DNA of 34,014 bases from positions 1 to 34,014 of the forward strand of contig JACPSA010000016.1 of the NCBI GenBank assembly GCA_016193545.1. The letters run 5' to 3'. The first letter of the stretch is position 1; every line of letters starts with the position of its first letter. A program made the translations under genes and the position numbers. A model generated the notes under the pieces. That model had not been told where the DNA came from, did no database searches, and was given only the letters and a program-made list of their open reading frames with translations. This stretch comes from Chloroflexota bacterium (lineage in GTDB: Bacteria > Chloroflexota > Dehalococcoidia > Dehalococcoidales > UBA2162). Positions 1-9,193 of this stretch are shown here, piece by piece.

Positions 1-2648
1 GAGACCACTCCTGCCGGTGAAACCCCGGTTACTTTCGCTTTAGCTACCACTTCTCCCCGCCGCGAGGTAACCTTGACCATATCACCATCAGCGATGCCCA
101 GCGTTGAAGCATCCGCCGGATTTATCTCCACCAGCTCCTCACCACGGATGGCATTGAGGTATTTCACCTTGCGGCTCATGGTACCGGTATGGTATTGGTA
201 CAGGCTCCGCTCGGTAGTCAAAACTAGCGGATACTCATCATCGGGCAGCTCCATAGACGGCTTGTACTCCAGCGGTGTAAACCGGCCTTTCCCTCTGGTA
301 AACGTTTTAGTGTGCAAAATCGGTGTCCCGGGGTGTTCTGCGGTGGGGCAGGGCCATTGCAAACCGCCTTTCTCCAGACGGCTGAAGGAAATACCTCCAT
401 AGCTGGGGGTAAGCCGGGCAATCTCGTCCATAATCTGAGATGGATTCTCAAAACCAAAGCCCTTCGCTTCCATCCTGCGGGCAATCTGGCAGGTAATTAG
501 CCAGTCAGCCCTGGAATCGCCTATCGGCTCGATTGCCTTCCTGATTCGCTGTACCCTCCGCTCGGTATTGGTGAAGGTGCCATCTTTCTCAGCGAAGCTT
601 GCCGAGGGCAGGATAACATCAGCCAGTTGCGCCGTCTCGGAAAGGAAGATATCCTGGACTACCAGGAACTCCAGCGCTTCCAGCGACTCCCTGACATGGT
701 TGGCGTCAGCATCGGCCAGCACCGGGTTCTCCCCGATGATATAAGCGGCTTTTATCTGTCCACTATGGGCTGCCTCAAATATTTCAGGAAGAGTCAGCCC
801 CGGAGTGAGACTGAGTTTGGCTCCCCAGGCCGCCTCAAACTTGTCCTTGATAGCCGGGTCGGTTACTGCCTGGTAGCCGGAATAGACATTGGGTAGAGCA
901 CCCATATCGCAGGAACCCTGGACATTGTTCTGCCCCCGCAAAGGATTAACCCCGCTCGATGGCTTGCCGATGTTACCGGTAAGCATTGCCAGGTTGGCGA
1001 TAGCCAGCACATTATCGGTAGCGTGGGAGTGCTGGGTAATACCCATAGCGTAGACAATAGCCGCCGGTTTATTGGTGGCATAGAGACGGGCCGCCTCGAC
1101 AATCTTTTCGCCGGGCACACCGGTAATCCGCGATACATAATCGATATCAAAGCGTTGCAATGACTCATTGAAGTCAGTGTAGTTCTCACAGCGGTCGAAG
1201 ACGAAGGCTGAGTCTAATAATCCCTCGTCCACGATAACCCGCATCATCCCCATGAGCAGGGCGACATCGGTGCCGGGCCGCTGTCTCAGCCACAGGTCGG
1301 CATAGCGAACCAGCGAAATCTCACGCGGGTTAGCCACGATGAGCTTGCCCCCCTGGCGCACGGCTCTCTTGAATTCCAGCGCTATTACCGGGTGGGCGGC
1401 GCCAGTATTGGTGCCAATCGCCAGAATACAGGCGGCATCCCCGATATCATGGATAGAATTGGTCATGGCGCCACTACCGAAGGCTGCGGCCAGACCGGTC
1501 ACGGTGGGGGCATGGCAGAGGCGGGCACAGTGGTCAATAGTGTTAGTGCCCAGTACTACCCGGGTAAATTTCTGGGCAACATAGTTGTCCTCATTAGTGC
1601 TCTTGGCTGAAGAAATCACGGCTACCCGGTCTCCCCGGTAACTACCCAGCTTTCGAGCTACCAGGTCCAGGGCTTCATCCCAGCTGGTTTCAACAAATTT
1701 CCCGTTTCGCTTAACCAGGGGGGTGGTCAAGCGCTCCGGAGAATGAACGAACTCCTGAATACCGAAACGACCTTTGACACAGGCCTGCCCTCGATTTACC
1801 TCATTGTCTGCCTTGGGGGTAACTTCAATTATCCTGTCGCCGTTAAGCTGCAGCCCTAACTGGCAGCCAACCCCGCAGTAAGGACAGGTAGTGACTACCT
1901 CGCGCTCTGCCACCGGGCTGTCCCACTTCCGGCTCCGCTCCAGCAGTGCTCCGGTCGGGCAGACATCGACACATGCCCCACAAAACTGGCACCCTGATTC
2001 TAGCAAAGGCCGCCCGAAGGCGGTACCAACTAAAGTCTGGCTGCCCCGCTGGGTAAAGGCTATCGCCGCGGCGCCTCTGATTTCCTGACAGACACGGACG
2101 CACCGCCCGCAGAGAATACAAAAGTTGTAATCCCGGTCGAAGAAGGGGTCGTCAGTATATATCTTTTCATTCTTGTAGGTGTAGGGCAGGGTGACTTTAT
2201 CGATGCCGATATAGTCGACGACTTCCTGTAGCTCACAACGTCCGTTTTTAGCGCAAACTACACAGCGTTCGGTTACACCCACGCTACGCAAGCAAATGTC
2301 GAAAGCCTGACACTGGTTATTTGGTTTGTCTCTTCGGTCACAGATGAGACAGGTATGGGGATGCTCGGTCAGGATAAGCTCCAGAACTCCGCGCCGGAAC
2401 TCCTGAAGCTGCGGCGTTTTTGTCCTTACTACCATGCCATCGGTCGCTGGCGTTGTGCAGGAAGGGGGCAGACCCCGCATCTTCTCGATTTCGACGACAC
2501 ATAGACGGCAGCCCCCGTAGGGAGGCAAGTAGGGATGATAGCATAACGTCGGGACATAGATGCCGGCCCCTTTGATGGCTTCCAGCACGGTCATCCCTGT
2601 CGTCGCTTCAACCTGTTTGTCATCGATAGTTAAGGTAATCTTAGCCAT
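1..2648 (-). CDS. fdhA: Formate dehydrogenase catalytic alpha subunit (Mo/W-bisPGD family) with N-terminal 2Fe-2S and 4Fe-4S domains. The 3' end lies beyond the window.
   Basis: It is absent from the ORF track because no stop codon falls inside the window. Hand translation of the minus strand from the ATG at 2648 is uninterrupted to position 1. It reads MAKITLTIDDKQVEATTGMTVLEAIKGAGIYVPTLCYH..GGCRLCVVE (2Fe-2S), CILCGRCVRVC and CQFCGACVDVCPTGAL (4Fe-4S), TTCPYCGVGC (MopB cluster), IDHCARLCHAPTV (active-site Cys codon at 1515-1517, where Sec sits in FdhH-type enzymes), NPLRGQNNVQG, and a C-terminal MopB barrel ending ..GDMVKVTSRRGEVVAKAKVT. The SD GGAGGATG lies upstream. Confidence 0.9.
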   Translation of the reverse strand, partial: MAKITLTIDDKQVEATTGMTVLEAIKGAGIYVPTLCYHPYLPPYGGCRLCVVEIEKMRGLPPSCTTPATDGMVVRTKTPQLQEFRRGVLELILTEHPHTCLICDRRDKPNNQCQAFDICLRSVGVTERCVVCAKNGRCELQEVVDYIGIDKVTLPYTYKNEKIYTDDPFFDRDYNFCILCGRCVRVCQEIRGAAAIAFTQRGSQTLVGTAFGRPLLESGCQFCGACVDVCPTGALLERSRKWDSPVAEREVVTTCPYCGVGCQLGLQLNGDRIIEVTPKADNEVNRGQACVKGRFGIQEFVHSPERLTTPLVKRNGKFVETSWDEALDLVARKLGSYRGDRVAVISSAKSTNEDNYVAQKFTRVVLGTNTIDHCARLCHAPTVTGLAAAFGSGAMTNSIHDIGDAACILAIGTNTGAAHPVIALEFKRAVRQGGKLIVANPREISLVRYADLWLRQRPGTDVALLMGMMRVIVDEGLLDSAFVFDRCENYTDFNESLQRFDIDYVSRITGVPGEKIVEAARLYATNKPAAIVYAMGITQHSHATDNVLAIANLAMLTGNIGKPSSGVNPLRGQNNVQGSCDMGALPNVYSGYQAVTDPAIKDKFEAAWGAKLSLTPGLTLPEIFEAAHSGQIKAAYIIGENPVLADADANHVRESLEALEFLVVQDIFLSETAQLADVILPSASFAEKDGTFTNTERRVQRIRKAIEPIGDSRADWLITCQIARRMEAKGFGFENPSQIMDEIARLTPSYGGISFSRLEKGGLQWPCPTAEHPGTPILHTKTFTRGKGRFTPLEYKPSMELPDDEYPLVLTTERSLYQYHTGTMSRKVKYLNAIRGEELVEINPADASTLGIADGDMVKVTSRRGEVVAKAKVTGVSPAGVV

Positions 2649-2698
2649 ATATACCTGCGCATCCTCCGACTTTCATCCGGGAGTTATCGTCTGTTGTT

Positions 2699-5600
2699 TT
2701 AGTGCTCCTCTAAATCACACCTCAGGCAGCGCTTTGTCTCCTCAATAGCACGACTCGGGTCGAAGCCAAGCACTACCTGGGCATAACTTCTAACTCTCTC
2801 ATCACTGGATAGCATATCCATTGCCGGGCGGTGTTTCTCACCTTCCACGGCATCCATATCGATGGGTGTCACCTCTTCTTCCGGTGGCAGTGCCACTATC
2901 TCATCGAGATTGCCCTGACCGCCAAGGTATTTATCAATGGCTATTGCCGCTTGCCGACCGGCAGCGATGGCCTCAATCACTGATGCCGGCCCGCTGACCG
3001 AATCGCCTCCGGCGAATACCCCTTCTTTGGCGGTAGCCAGCGTCTCCGGATTTACTTTAATCCGTCCGCCTCTTTCTTCTACCTCCAGTCCGTAACCACC
3101 CGGCACCACGGACTCCTGGCCGGTGGCTTTGAGCATCAGCGTGCACTCTCGGGTGAACTCGCTGCCGCTGATTGGCACCGGTCTCGGCCGCCCGCTGGCA
3201 TCCACCTTGCCCAGCTCCATCCGCGTAAACTCCACTTTTAATCTGCCATCCACTCTGTTAACTCTGAGGGGTGATGCCAGATAGACCATTTCCACCCCTT
3301 CCTCCAGCGCCTCCTCTATTTCTTCCTCACTGGCTGGCATCTCAGCACGAGTCCGCCGGTAGATAATGGTTACCTCTTTAGCGCCTAAGCGCAGCGCTGT
3401 CCGTGAAGCGTCTATGGCGACGTTGCCCCCACCGATGACCACCACCCTGTCCCCGACATTTATTTTCTTGCCCAGGTTGACTTCCCTGAGAAAATCGACT
3501 CCATCCATGACACCGGGAGTATTCTCTCCCTCTATCCCGATACTGGTGCCCTTGTGAGCACCCACACTGACAAAAACCGCCTGGTAGCCCTGCGCCAGTA
3601 ACTCATCCAGGGAATCCACTCGGCTGCTGGTTTTTATCTCCACGCCGATATTCTCAATCTCTTTTATTTCCTTATCCAGGACTTCCGCCGGCAGACGGTA
3701 GGTCGGTATGCCTACCCGCATCATGCCACCGGCCGCAGGCAGGGCTTCATATACGGTCACACCGTGCCCCAGCGTCGCCAGATAGTAAGCGGCGGTTAGT
3801 CCGGCCGGCCCGGAACCAATAACGGCTACTTTCTTGCCAGTCGCTGGAGCTTGCCGGTAATATTGTTTCCACTGGTCATTATCATGGTCAGCGGCAAACC
3901 GCTTCAGCTCTTTGATGGCTATCGGCTGCTCCAACTGGCCGCGGCGGCACTTCGCCTCGCAAAAATGGACGCAAACATAGCCGCATACTGCCGGAAATGG
4001 GATTTTCTCGCGAATCACCGCCACCGCCTCGCCGAATTCACCCCGACCGATTGCCCGAATGTAGCGAGGTACATTTATCTCAGCCGGACAGGCATTCTGG
4101 CAGGGGGACTTGACCAGTTTTTTACAGACCCCGGCTCGGCAGTGGTGTTTGTTGATATGTTCCTCGTATTCCTCCCGGAAGTACCGCAGCGTCGTCAGAA
4201 TCGGATTAGGCGCCGTCTGGCCCAGGCCGCATAAAGAAGTGGACCCGACCAGGCGGGCTAATTTTTCGAGACGTTCAATATCACCGGGTTGCCCCTCGCC
4301 CTGGGTAATACGCTCTACCATATTGAGCATCTGCCGGGTGCCGACACGGCAGGGGACACACTTGCCACAGGACTCATCCTGAACGAAAGACAGAAAGAAG
4401 CGGGCCATATCAACCATACAGGTATCTTCATCAGCGACGAGCATACCTCCCGAACCCATTATGGAACCAGCCTGGGCTAAGTTCTCATAATCTACGGGTA
4501 AAGTGATTAAACTCGCCGGCAGACAGCCACCCGATGGTCCCCCGGTGAGCACTGCCTTAAGTTGCTTATTGCCAACAATACCCCCGCCAATCTCATAAAT
4601 AATATCGCCCAGCGGTGTACCCAGAGGCACTTCGACCAAGCCGGTGCGCGTGACCTTGCCGGCCAGGGAAAAGGTCTTGGTGCCTTTACTTTTCTCGGTG
4701 CCGTACTTGGAATACCACTCGGCCCCTTTTTGAAGGATGGCGGCGACATCAGCCCATGTTCCCACATTATTGATATTGGTTGGTTTGCCCCACAGTCCGG
4801 ATGTTGCCGGGAAAGGAGGACGTGGCCGAGGCATTCCTCTCTTACCCTCGATGGATGCCATCAAGGCAGTTTCTTCTCCGCAAACAAAGGCGCCGGCGCC
4901 TTCCTTAATCTCGATGTCAAAACTAAAGTCTGAGCCGAGTATCTTATCCCCCAGCAAGCCACATTCTCTCATCTGCTTCAGAGCCGTCTGTAACCGGTCT
5001 ATCGCCAGCGGGTATTCAGCCCGACAGTAAATGTAGCCTTTAGTGGTTCCGATGGCGTAAGCGCCAATCAGCATGCCCTCCAACACTGCGTGGGGGTCGC
5101 CTTCCAGCTGTGACCGGTTCATAAAAGCTCCCGGGTCGCCTTCATCGGCATTACAAATCAGGTATTTTTCTTTGCCGGCTGCCTTCTGACAGAACTCCCA
5201 TTTCTGACCGGTGGAGAAACCAGCCCCACCCCGTCCCCGTAACCCGGACTTCTTCACTTCGGCAACAACACCTTCAGGGGTCATTCCCAGTGCCCTGACA
5301 AAGCCGGAGTAACCGCCGTTGGCAATATACTGTTTTATATCAGTGGGGTCGATGTTCCCGCAATTTCGTAATGAAATACGCACCTGGGGCTTGAACACTG
5401 GCAACTCAAAGAGTTTGGGGATACCATCAACGCTACCTTCACCGATGGTACCCAGCGCCAGGTCCGGGCGAGGATTATCATGGACAAGATAATCCTCGAT
5501 TAGCTTGGTAGCGATTCCCGGAGTAACGCCACTGTAGCAGATTCGGGGGCGATTTGGCTTAGCGATATCGACTATCGGTTCGGCATAACAAAGCCCGATA

Positions 5601-5788
5601 CAGCCGACCTGGATCACGATGGCATCGATTTTTAGCCGGGATAACTCCTTGTTAATCGCTTCCAGGACAGACATAGCCCCGGCCGCCCGGCCACATGTCG
5701 CCGTGCCAACAAGAATACGGGGCTTGTCACTACTCTGCAAAGCCCCCCATTCTGCTATAGCCTGGTTTTGAATTTTATCAAAGGTCAT
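2699..5788 (-). CDS. Fusion of a NuoF/HydB-like NAD(H)-FMN-FeS subunit to a GltD-like (glutamate synthase small-subunit type) FAD/NAD(P)H oxidoreductase. Probable diaphorase subunit of the formate dehydrogenase.
   Basis: 1029-aa ORF. The N-terminus has a thioredoxin-like 2Fe-2S fold (ILVGTATCGRAAGA..VGCIGLCYAEP). The NuoF core has GLRGRGGAGFSTGQKW, CNADEGDPGAFMNR and ESCGKCVPCRVG. GltD-type Fe-S motifs follow (PCQNACPAEINVPRYI, CGYVCVHFCEAKCRRG). Then come the dinucleotide folds KKVAVIGSGPAGLTAAYYL and VVVIGGGNVAIDASR. Confidence 0.9.
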   Translation of the reverse strand: MTFDKIQNQAIAEWGALQSSDKPRILVGTATCGRAAGAMSVLEAINKELSRLKIDAIVIQVGCIGLCYAEPIVDIAKPNRPRICYSGVTPGIATKLIEDYLVHDNPRPDLALGTIGEGSVDGIPKLFELPVFKPQVRISLRNCGNIDPTDIKQYIANGGYSGFVRALGMTPEGVVAEVKKSGLRGRGGAGFSTGQKWEFCQKAAGKEKYLICNADEGDPGAFMNRSQLEGDPHAVLEGMLIGAYAIGTTKGYIYCRAEYPLAIDRLQTALKQMRECGLLGDKILGSDFSFDIEIKEGAGAFVCGEETALMASIEGKRGMPRPRPPFPATSGLWGKPTNINNVGTWADVAAILQKGAEWYSKYGTEKSKGTKTFSLAGKVTRTGLVEVPLGTPLGDIIYEIGGGIVGNKQLKAVLTGGPSGGCLPASLITLPVDYENLAQAGSIMGSGGMLVADEDTCMVDMARFFLSFVQDESCGKCVPCRVGTRQMLNMVERITQGEGQPGDIERLEKLARLVGSTSLCGLGQTAPNPILTTLRYFREEYEEHINKHHCRAGVCKKLVKSPCQNACPAEINVPRYIRAIGRGEFGEAVAVIREKIPFPAVCGYVCVHFCEAKCRRGQLEQPIAIKELKRFAADHDNDQWKQYYRQAPATGKKVAVIGSGPAGLTAAYYLATLGHGVTVYEALPAAGGMMRVGIPTYRLPAEVLDKEIKEIENIGVEIKTSSRVDSLDELLAQGYQAVFVSVGAHKGTSIGIEGENTPGVMDGVDFLREVNLGKKINVGDRVVVIGGGNVAIDASRTALRLGAKEVTIIYRRTRAEMPASEEEIEEALEEGVEMVYLASPLRVNRVDGRLKVEFTRMELGKVDASGRPRPVPISGSEFTRECTLMLKATGQESVVPGGYGLEVEERGGRIKVNPETLATAKEGVFAGGDSVSGPASVIEAIAAGRQAAIAIDKYLGGQGNLDEIVALPPEEEVTPIDMDAVEGEKHRPAMDMLSSDERVRSYAQVVLGFDPSRAIEETKRCLRCDLEEH

Positions 5789-5790
5789 CG

Positions 5791-6252
5791 TTACGCCTCT
5801 TCATACTCAGTTAATAGTTGTTTTACCTTAACCGTGGTCATCCTGCCATAGACCGTCTTATCCATGACCATTACCGGAGCTAAAGCACACGACCCGAAAC
5901 AGGCCACTTTCTCCAGGCTAAACTTGTAATCCGGTCTGGTTTCCCCGGGTCGGATGCCAAGCTCTTGCATCGCTCTTTCCATAATACGGCGTCCACCCCG
6001 TACATGGCAGGCAGTACCCTGGCAAACCCTCACCGTATGTTTGCCCTGCCGTTCAAAGCGGAACTGGGCATAAAAGCTAGCTACACCATAAATCTCATTC
6101 CTGGATATGCTCAAAAAATCGGCTATCTCTGAGATTGTTGCCTCAGAAAGATAGCCTAATGTCTCTTGTGCTTTCTGTAGAACAGGGATTAAAGCGCCCC
6201 TCTGCCCACGGTAAGGAGCTAGAACCTGTAATAATTGCTCTTGCAAAATCAA
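5791..6252 (-). CDS. NuoE/HydC-like thioredoxin-fold [2Fe-2S] subunit (24 kDa type).
   Basis: 153-aa ORF with the motifs ALIPVLQKAQE..GYLS, VCQGTACHVRGG and VACFGSCALAPVMV. Its stop lies 2 nt before the NuoF-like start. The start codon is TTG and the exact start is uncertain. Confidence 0.88.
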   Translation of the reverse strand: MILQEQLLQVLAPYRGQRGALIPVLQKAQETLGYLSEATISEIADFLSISRNEIYGVASFYAQFRFERQGKHTVRVCQGTACHVRGGRRIMERAMQELGIRPGETRPDYKFSLEKVACFGSCALAPVMVMDKTVYGRMTTVKVKQLLTEYEEA

Positions 6253-6283
6253 ACCCCAGAATAAAATTCAGATACCAAATAAT

Positions 6284-6312
6284 AATTTACCACCAAATAG
6301 TATATAATGCAA
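6284..6312 (-). promoter_or_regulatory. Candidate sigma70-type promoter for the nuoE-like/fdh operon.
   Basis: On the minus strand, TTGCAT (complement of 6307-6312), a 17-nt spacer, then TAAATT (complement of 6284-6289). It lies about 30 nt upstream of the TTG start at 6252. Confidence 0.35.
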
Positions 6313-6423
6313 CCTCCAATAATGTTTCCGCTCAGAAGAGATTATTTGTTGACCTCACCCTATGCCCAAGAGTTACTTTAAACCTTTCCTTTTCGCTGGG
6401 AACTCTAGTAGAATAGTTTCATC

Positions 6424-9048
6424 ATGAAAGAGGCTTCAACTCCTATCCGCCAGCAATACCTCCGGATTAAACGGAGGTATCCCCAGGCAATCGTCCTCTT
6501 TCGCCTGGGAGATTTCTACGAGACCTTCGATGAGGACGCCAAGGTTGTCTCTAAAGAGCTGGAGATTGTCCTGACCTCTCGGGGGATGGGCAAGGGCTAC
6601 CGGGTGCCGATGGCCGGTATCCCTTACCACGCCCTGGATAACTATTTGGCCAGATTGGTCAACCGCGGTTACAAGGTGGCTATCTGCGAGCAGTTGACCC
6701 AGCCCGGTGAGACCAGGGGCATCGTTGAGCGTGAAGTTATCCGTGTGGTAACGCCGGGTACCGTCGTTGAGCCTGGGCTGCTGGACAGCAAGTCCAATAA
6801 CTATTTGACCGGTCTGGTTCTGGGTGATGATGAGGTTGGCATTGCCTATGTGGATATCACCACCAGTGAATTTGCTACCACCCAGCTACCACTGCCGAGG
6901 GTGCTGCCGGAACTGGAACGGCTCCGACCTTCGGAGGTAATCGCCGCTAACAGTGCCGAACTATCGACTCTGTCATTAGATGCTCCGGTAACCCGTCTTG
7001 ACGATTACCGGTTCGAGCTGGAGATAGCCCGCCAGGCGCTGCTCGACCATTTCGGTGTGGCTACCCTTGACGGCTACGGCTGTGCCCGGTTGCCTCTGGC
7101 GATAAGAGCCGCCGGCGCCATTATCCAGTATATTAAAGAGACGCAGCCGGTGTCTCTGGAGCAGCTAACCCGGCTGGCAACTTACGCTACCGATTCATTT
7201 ATGGCGCTGGACAGCCAGACGCAGACTAACCTGGAACTTTTCCGCAGTAACCGCTCGGGGAACATCGCCGGCTCATTACTCTCGATTATCGACCTGACCA
7301 AGACGGCCATGGGGGGCAGACTGCTGAAGAAGTGGCTGGGGCAACCTCTTCTTGACATAAAGGAACTATTAAAGAGACAGGAGGCCATTGGCTGGTTTCA
7401 GAGCAATACGCTGGCCCGTAACCAGACAGCCTCTTTACTGGATAAGACGGCTGACCTGGAGCGACTGATTAACCGGGTGAGGAGCAATATCGTTACTCCC
7501 CGTGAGATGGTCGCTCTGCGACATAGCCTGGAGGTGATACCCGGTCTAACCGAGGTTATTGAGGCGGGCAGCAGCAGTGACCCGATAAGCTGGCTGAAAG
7601 ATGGACTTAAACCGCGCCCGGAGGTGGTTGATTTGATTAGCCAGTCGATAGCTGATGAGCCGTCCTCCAGTCTGGGTGAAGGCAATGTCATCAGGCCCGG
7701 TTTCTCGGAGGAGCTGGACAGCCTGCGGCTGGCGTCACAGAACGCCCGGCAGTACCTGGCCAATCTGGAGCGCCAGGAGCAGTCCAAGACCGGCATCAAA
7801 TCGCTTAAGGTAGGCTACAATAAGGTCTTTGGCTACTATATCGAGGTCTCCAAGCCCAACCTGGCCCAGGTGCCGGAGAACTATATCCGTAAGCAGACGC
7901 TGGTCGGGGGTGAGCGTTTCTTTACCCCGGAGCTAAAAGAGTATGAATCGCTGATTCTGAATGCTCGCGAGCGGATTGGCGAGCTGGAGACCAATCTATT
8001 TCAGCGGGTGTGCCAGCAGGTGGCTGCCGACAGCGAGCGTATCCTGACTGTAGCCAATGCTCTGGCTAATATCGATGTCTTTTGCGCTCTGGCTGAGGTC
8101 GCCGTGCGTCATAGCTATGTCCGCCCGACCCTTGCTGAAGGTGACGAAATAGTTATCAGTGGGGGTCGCCACCCGGTAGTCGAGACCAGCCTGACCGACA
8201 GCAGTTTTGTGCCCAATGATACCTCTCTGTCCAACGGTGATGCCCAGTTGATTATTCTGACCGGGCCTAATATGGCCGGCAAGTCGACCTACCTCAAGCA
8301 GGTGGCGCTGATTGTGCTCATGGCGCAGATGGGCAGCTTCGTGCCGTCAGCCTCAGCCACCATTGGCATCGTCGACCGTATCTTCACCCGAATCGGCGCC
8401 CGGGAGGACCTGGCGGCCGGGCAATCGACCTTTATGATGGAGATGGTGGAGACCGCCAATATTCTGAATAATGCCACATCGCGCTCGCTGATTATCCTCG
8501 ATGAAATCGGGCGGGGCACCAGCACCTATGACGGACTGGCCATTGCCCGGGCCGTTGCGGAGTATATCCATAACTATAAAGGGCTGGGGGCCAAGACGCT
8601 CTTTGCCACCCACTATCATGAACTGGTGGAGCTAGCCGGTTTTCTGCCTCGGGTCAAGAACTTTAATGTGGCGGTAACCGAGGAGGGGGGCAGGGTTATC
8701 TTCCTGCGCAAGATTGTGCCCGGCGGGGTGGACAAGAGCTACGGCATCCATGTGGCGCAGCTAGCCGGACTGCCGAAATCGGTGGTGCACCGTGCCCACG
8801 AGGTTCTTGAGGAACTGGAAGGGGATAGCCGAACGAAGGGTGCAGCCAGAAAGCCCGGTAAGAAGGAGCCCTTCGGTCCTTCCAGCACCAGAAGGACTCA
8901 GGGTAAACCAGTGCCGCAACTGCCACTCTTCGGGCAGAAGCCACCGCTACTAGCGGAACTGGAGAAGCTGGACATCAACTCCCTGACGCCATTAGAAGCC
9001 CTGACCAAACTATATGAATTACAGAAGAAGGCGAGGGAGGTGGGGTAG
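6424..9048 (+). CDS. mutS: DNA mismatch repair protein MutS.
   Basis: 874-aa ORF. Motifs are TPIRQQYLRIKRRYPQAIVLFRLGDFYETF (mismatch-binding domain), Walker A GPNMAGKSTYLKQ, STFMMEM, ILDEIGRGTSTYDG and FATHYHEL. A beta-clamp-like QLPLF lies at 8917-8931, followed by a C-terminal LTPLEALTKLYELQKK helix. Confidence 0.97.
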   Translation: MKEASTPIRQQYLRIKRRYPQAIVLFRLGDFYETFDEDAKVVSKELEIVLTSRGMGKGYRVPMAGIPYHALDNYLARLVNRGYKVAICEQLTQPGETRGIVEREVIRVVTPGTVVEPGLLDSKSNNYLTGLVLGDDEVGIAYVDITTSEFATTQLPLPRVLPELERLRPSEVIAANSAELSTLSLDAPVTRLDDYRFELEIARQALLDHFGVATLDGYGCARLPLAIRAAGAIIQYIKETQPVSLEQLTRLATYATDSFMALDSQTQTNLELFRSNRSGNIAGSLLSIIDLTKTAMGGRLLKKWLGQPLLDIKELLKRQEAIGWFQSNTLARNQTASLLDKTADLERLINRVRSNIVTPREMVALRHSLEVIPGLTEVIEAGSSSDPISWLKDGLKPRPEVVDLISQSIADEPSSSLGEGNVIRPGFSEELDSLRLASQNARQYLANLERQEQSKTGIKSLKVGYNKVFGYYIEVSKPNLAQVPENYIRKQTLVGGERFFTPELKEYESLILNARERIGELETNLFQRVCQQVAADSERILTVANALANIDVFCALAEVAVRHSYVRPTLAEGDEIVISGGRHPVVETSLTDSSFVPNDTSLSNGDAQLIILTGPNMAGKSTYLKQVALIVLMAQMGSFVPSASATIGIVDRIFTRIGAREDLAAGQSTFMMEMVETANILNNATSRSLIILDEIGRGTSTYDGLAIARAVAEYIHNYKGLGAKTLFATHYHELVELAGFLPRVKNFNVAVTEEGGRVIFLRKIVPGGVDKSYGIHVAQLAGLPKSVVHRAHEVLEELEGDSRTKGAARKPGKKEPFGPSSTRRTQGKPVPQLPLFGQKPPLLAELEKLDINSLTPLEALTKLYELQKKAREVG

Positions 9049-9049
9049 T
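8996..9049 (+). repeat. Direct repeat copy 1. This is the functional 3' end of mutS, including its stop codon.
   Basis: AAGCCCTGACCAAACTATATGAATTACAGAAGAAGGCGAGGGAGGTGGGGTAGT recurs at 9574-9626 with one substitution and small indels near the end. Confidence 0.9.
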
Positions 9050-9071
9050 GGTTGTCCCCAAATGATTTACC

Positions 9072-9174
9072 ATTCCGTGCTTGACACGGAATCCAGAAAA
9101 CCTAGTTTCTACTCTTGGTTTACGTATTCTGGATACCGACTTTCGTCGGTATGGTTGTGAGTTAATGGCAACCA
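9072..9174 (+). other. Four abutting stem-loops directly after mutS. Possibly a terminator stack, a structured RNA or a recombination site.
   Basis: H1 is ATTCCGTG (9072-9079) paired with CACGGAAT (9085-9092). H2 is TCCAGAA (9092-9098) paired with TTCTGGA (9127-9133), with an inner AAACC/GGTTT pairing. H3 is ATACCGAC (9133-9140) paired with GTCGGTAT (9145-9152). H4 is TGGTTG (9152-9157) paired with CAACCA (9169-9174). Each stem shares its boundary base with the next. Confidence 0.5.
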
Positions 9175-9193
9175 CAGGTTAGGATTCGTGCTA

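Noticed and set aside
1-2648. Looked for an in-frame TGA (selenocysteine) and a SECIS element in the formate dehydrogenase gene.
   Set aside because: The frame contains no internal stop. The active-site position is a TGC Cys codon (1515-1517) in the context HCARLCHAP, so this is a Cys-type enzyme.
6409-6414. TAGAAT hexamer 10 nt upstream of the mutS ATG, considered as a -10 element for a leaderless mutS mRNA (mutS has no SD).
   Set aside because: The corresponding -35 (TTCCTT) is poor. The idea cannot be supported without transcription-start data.
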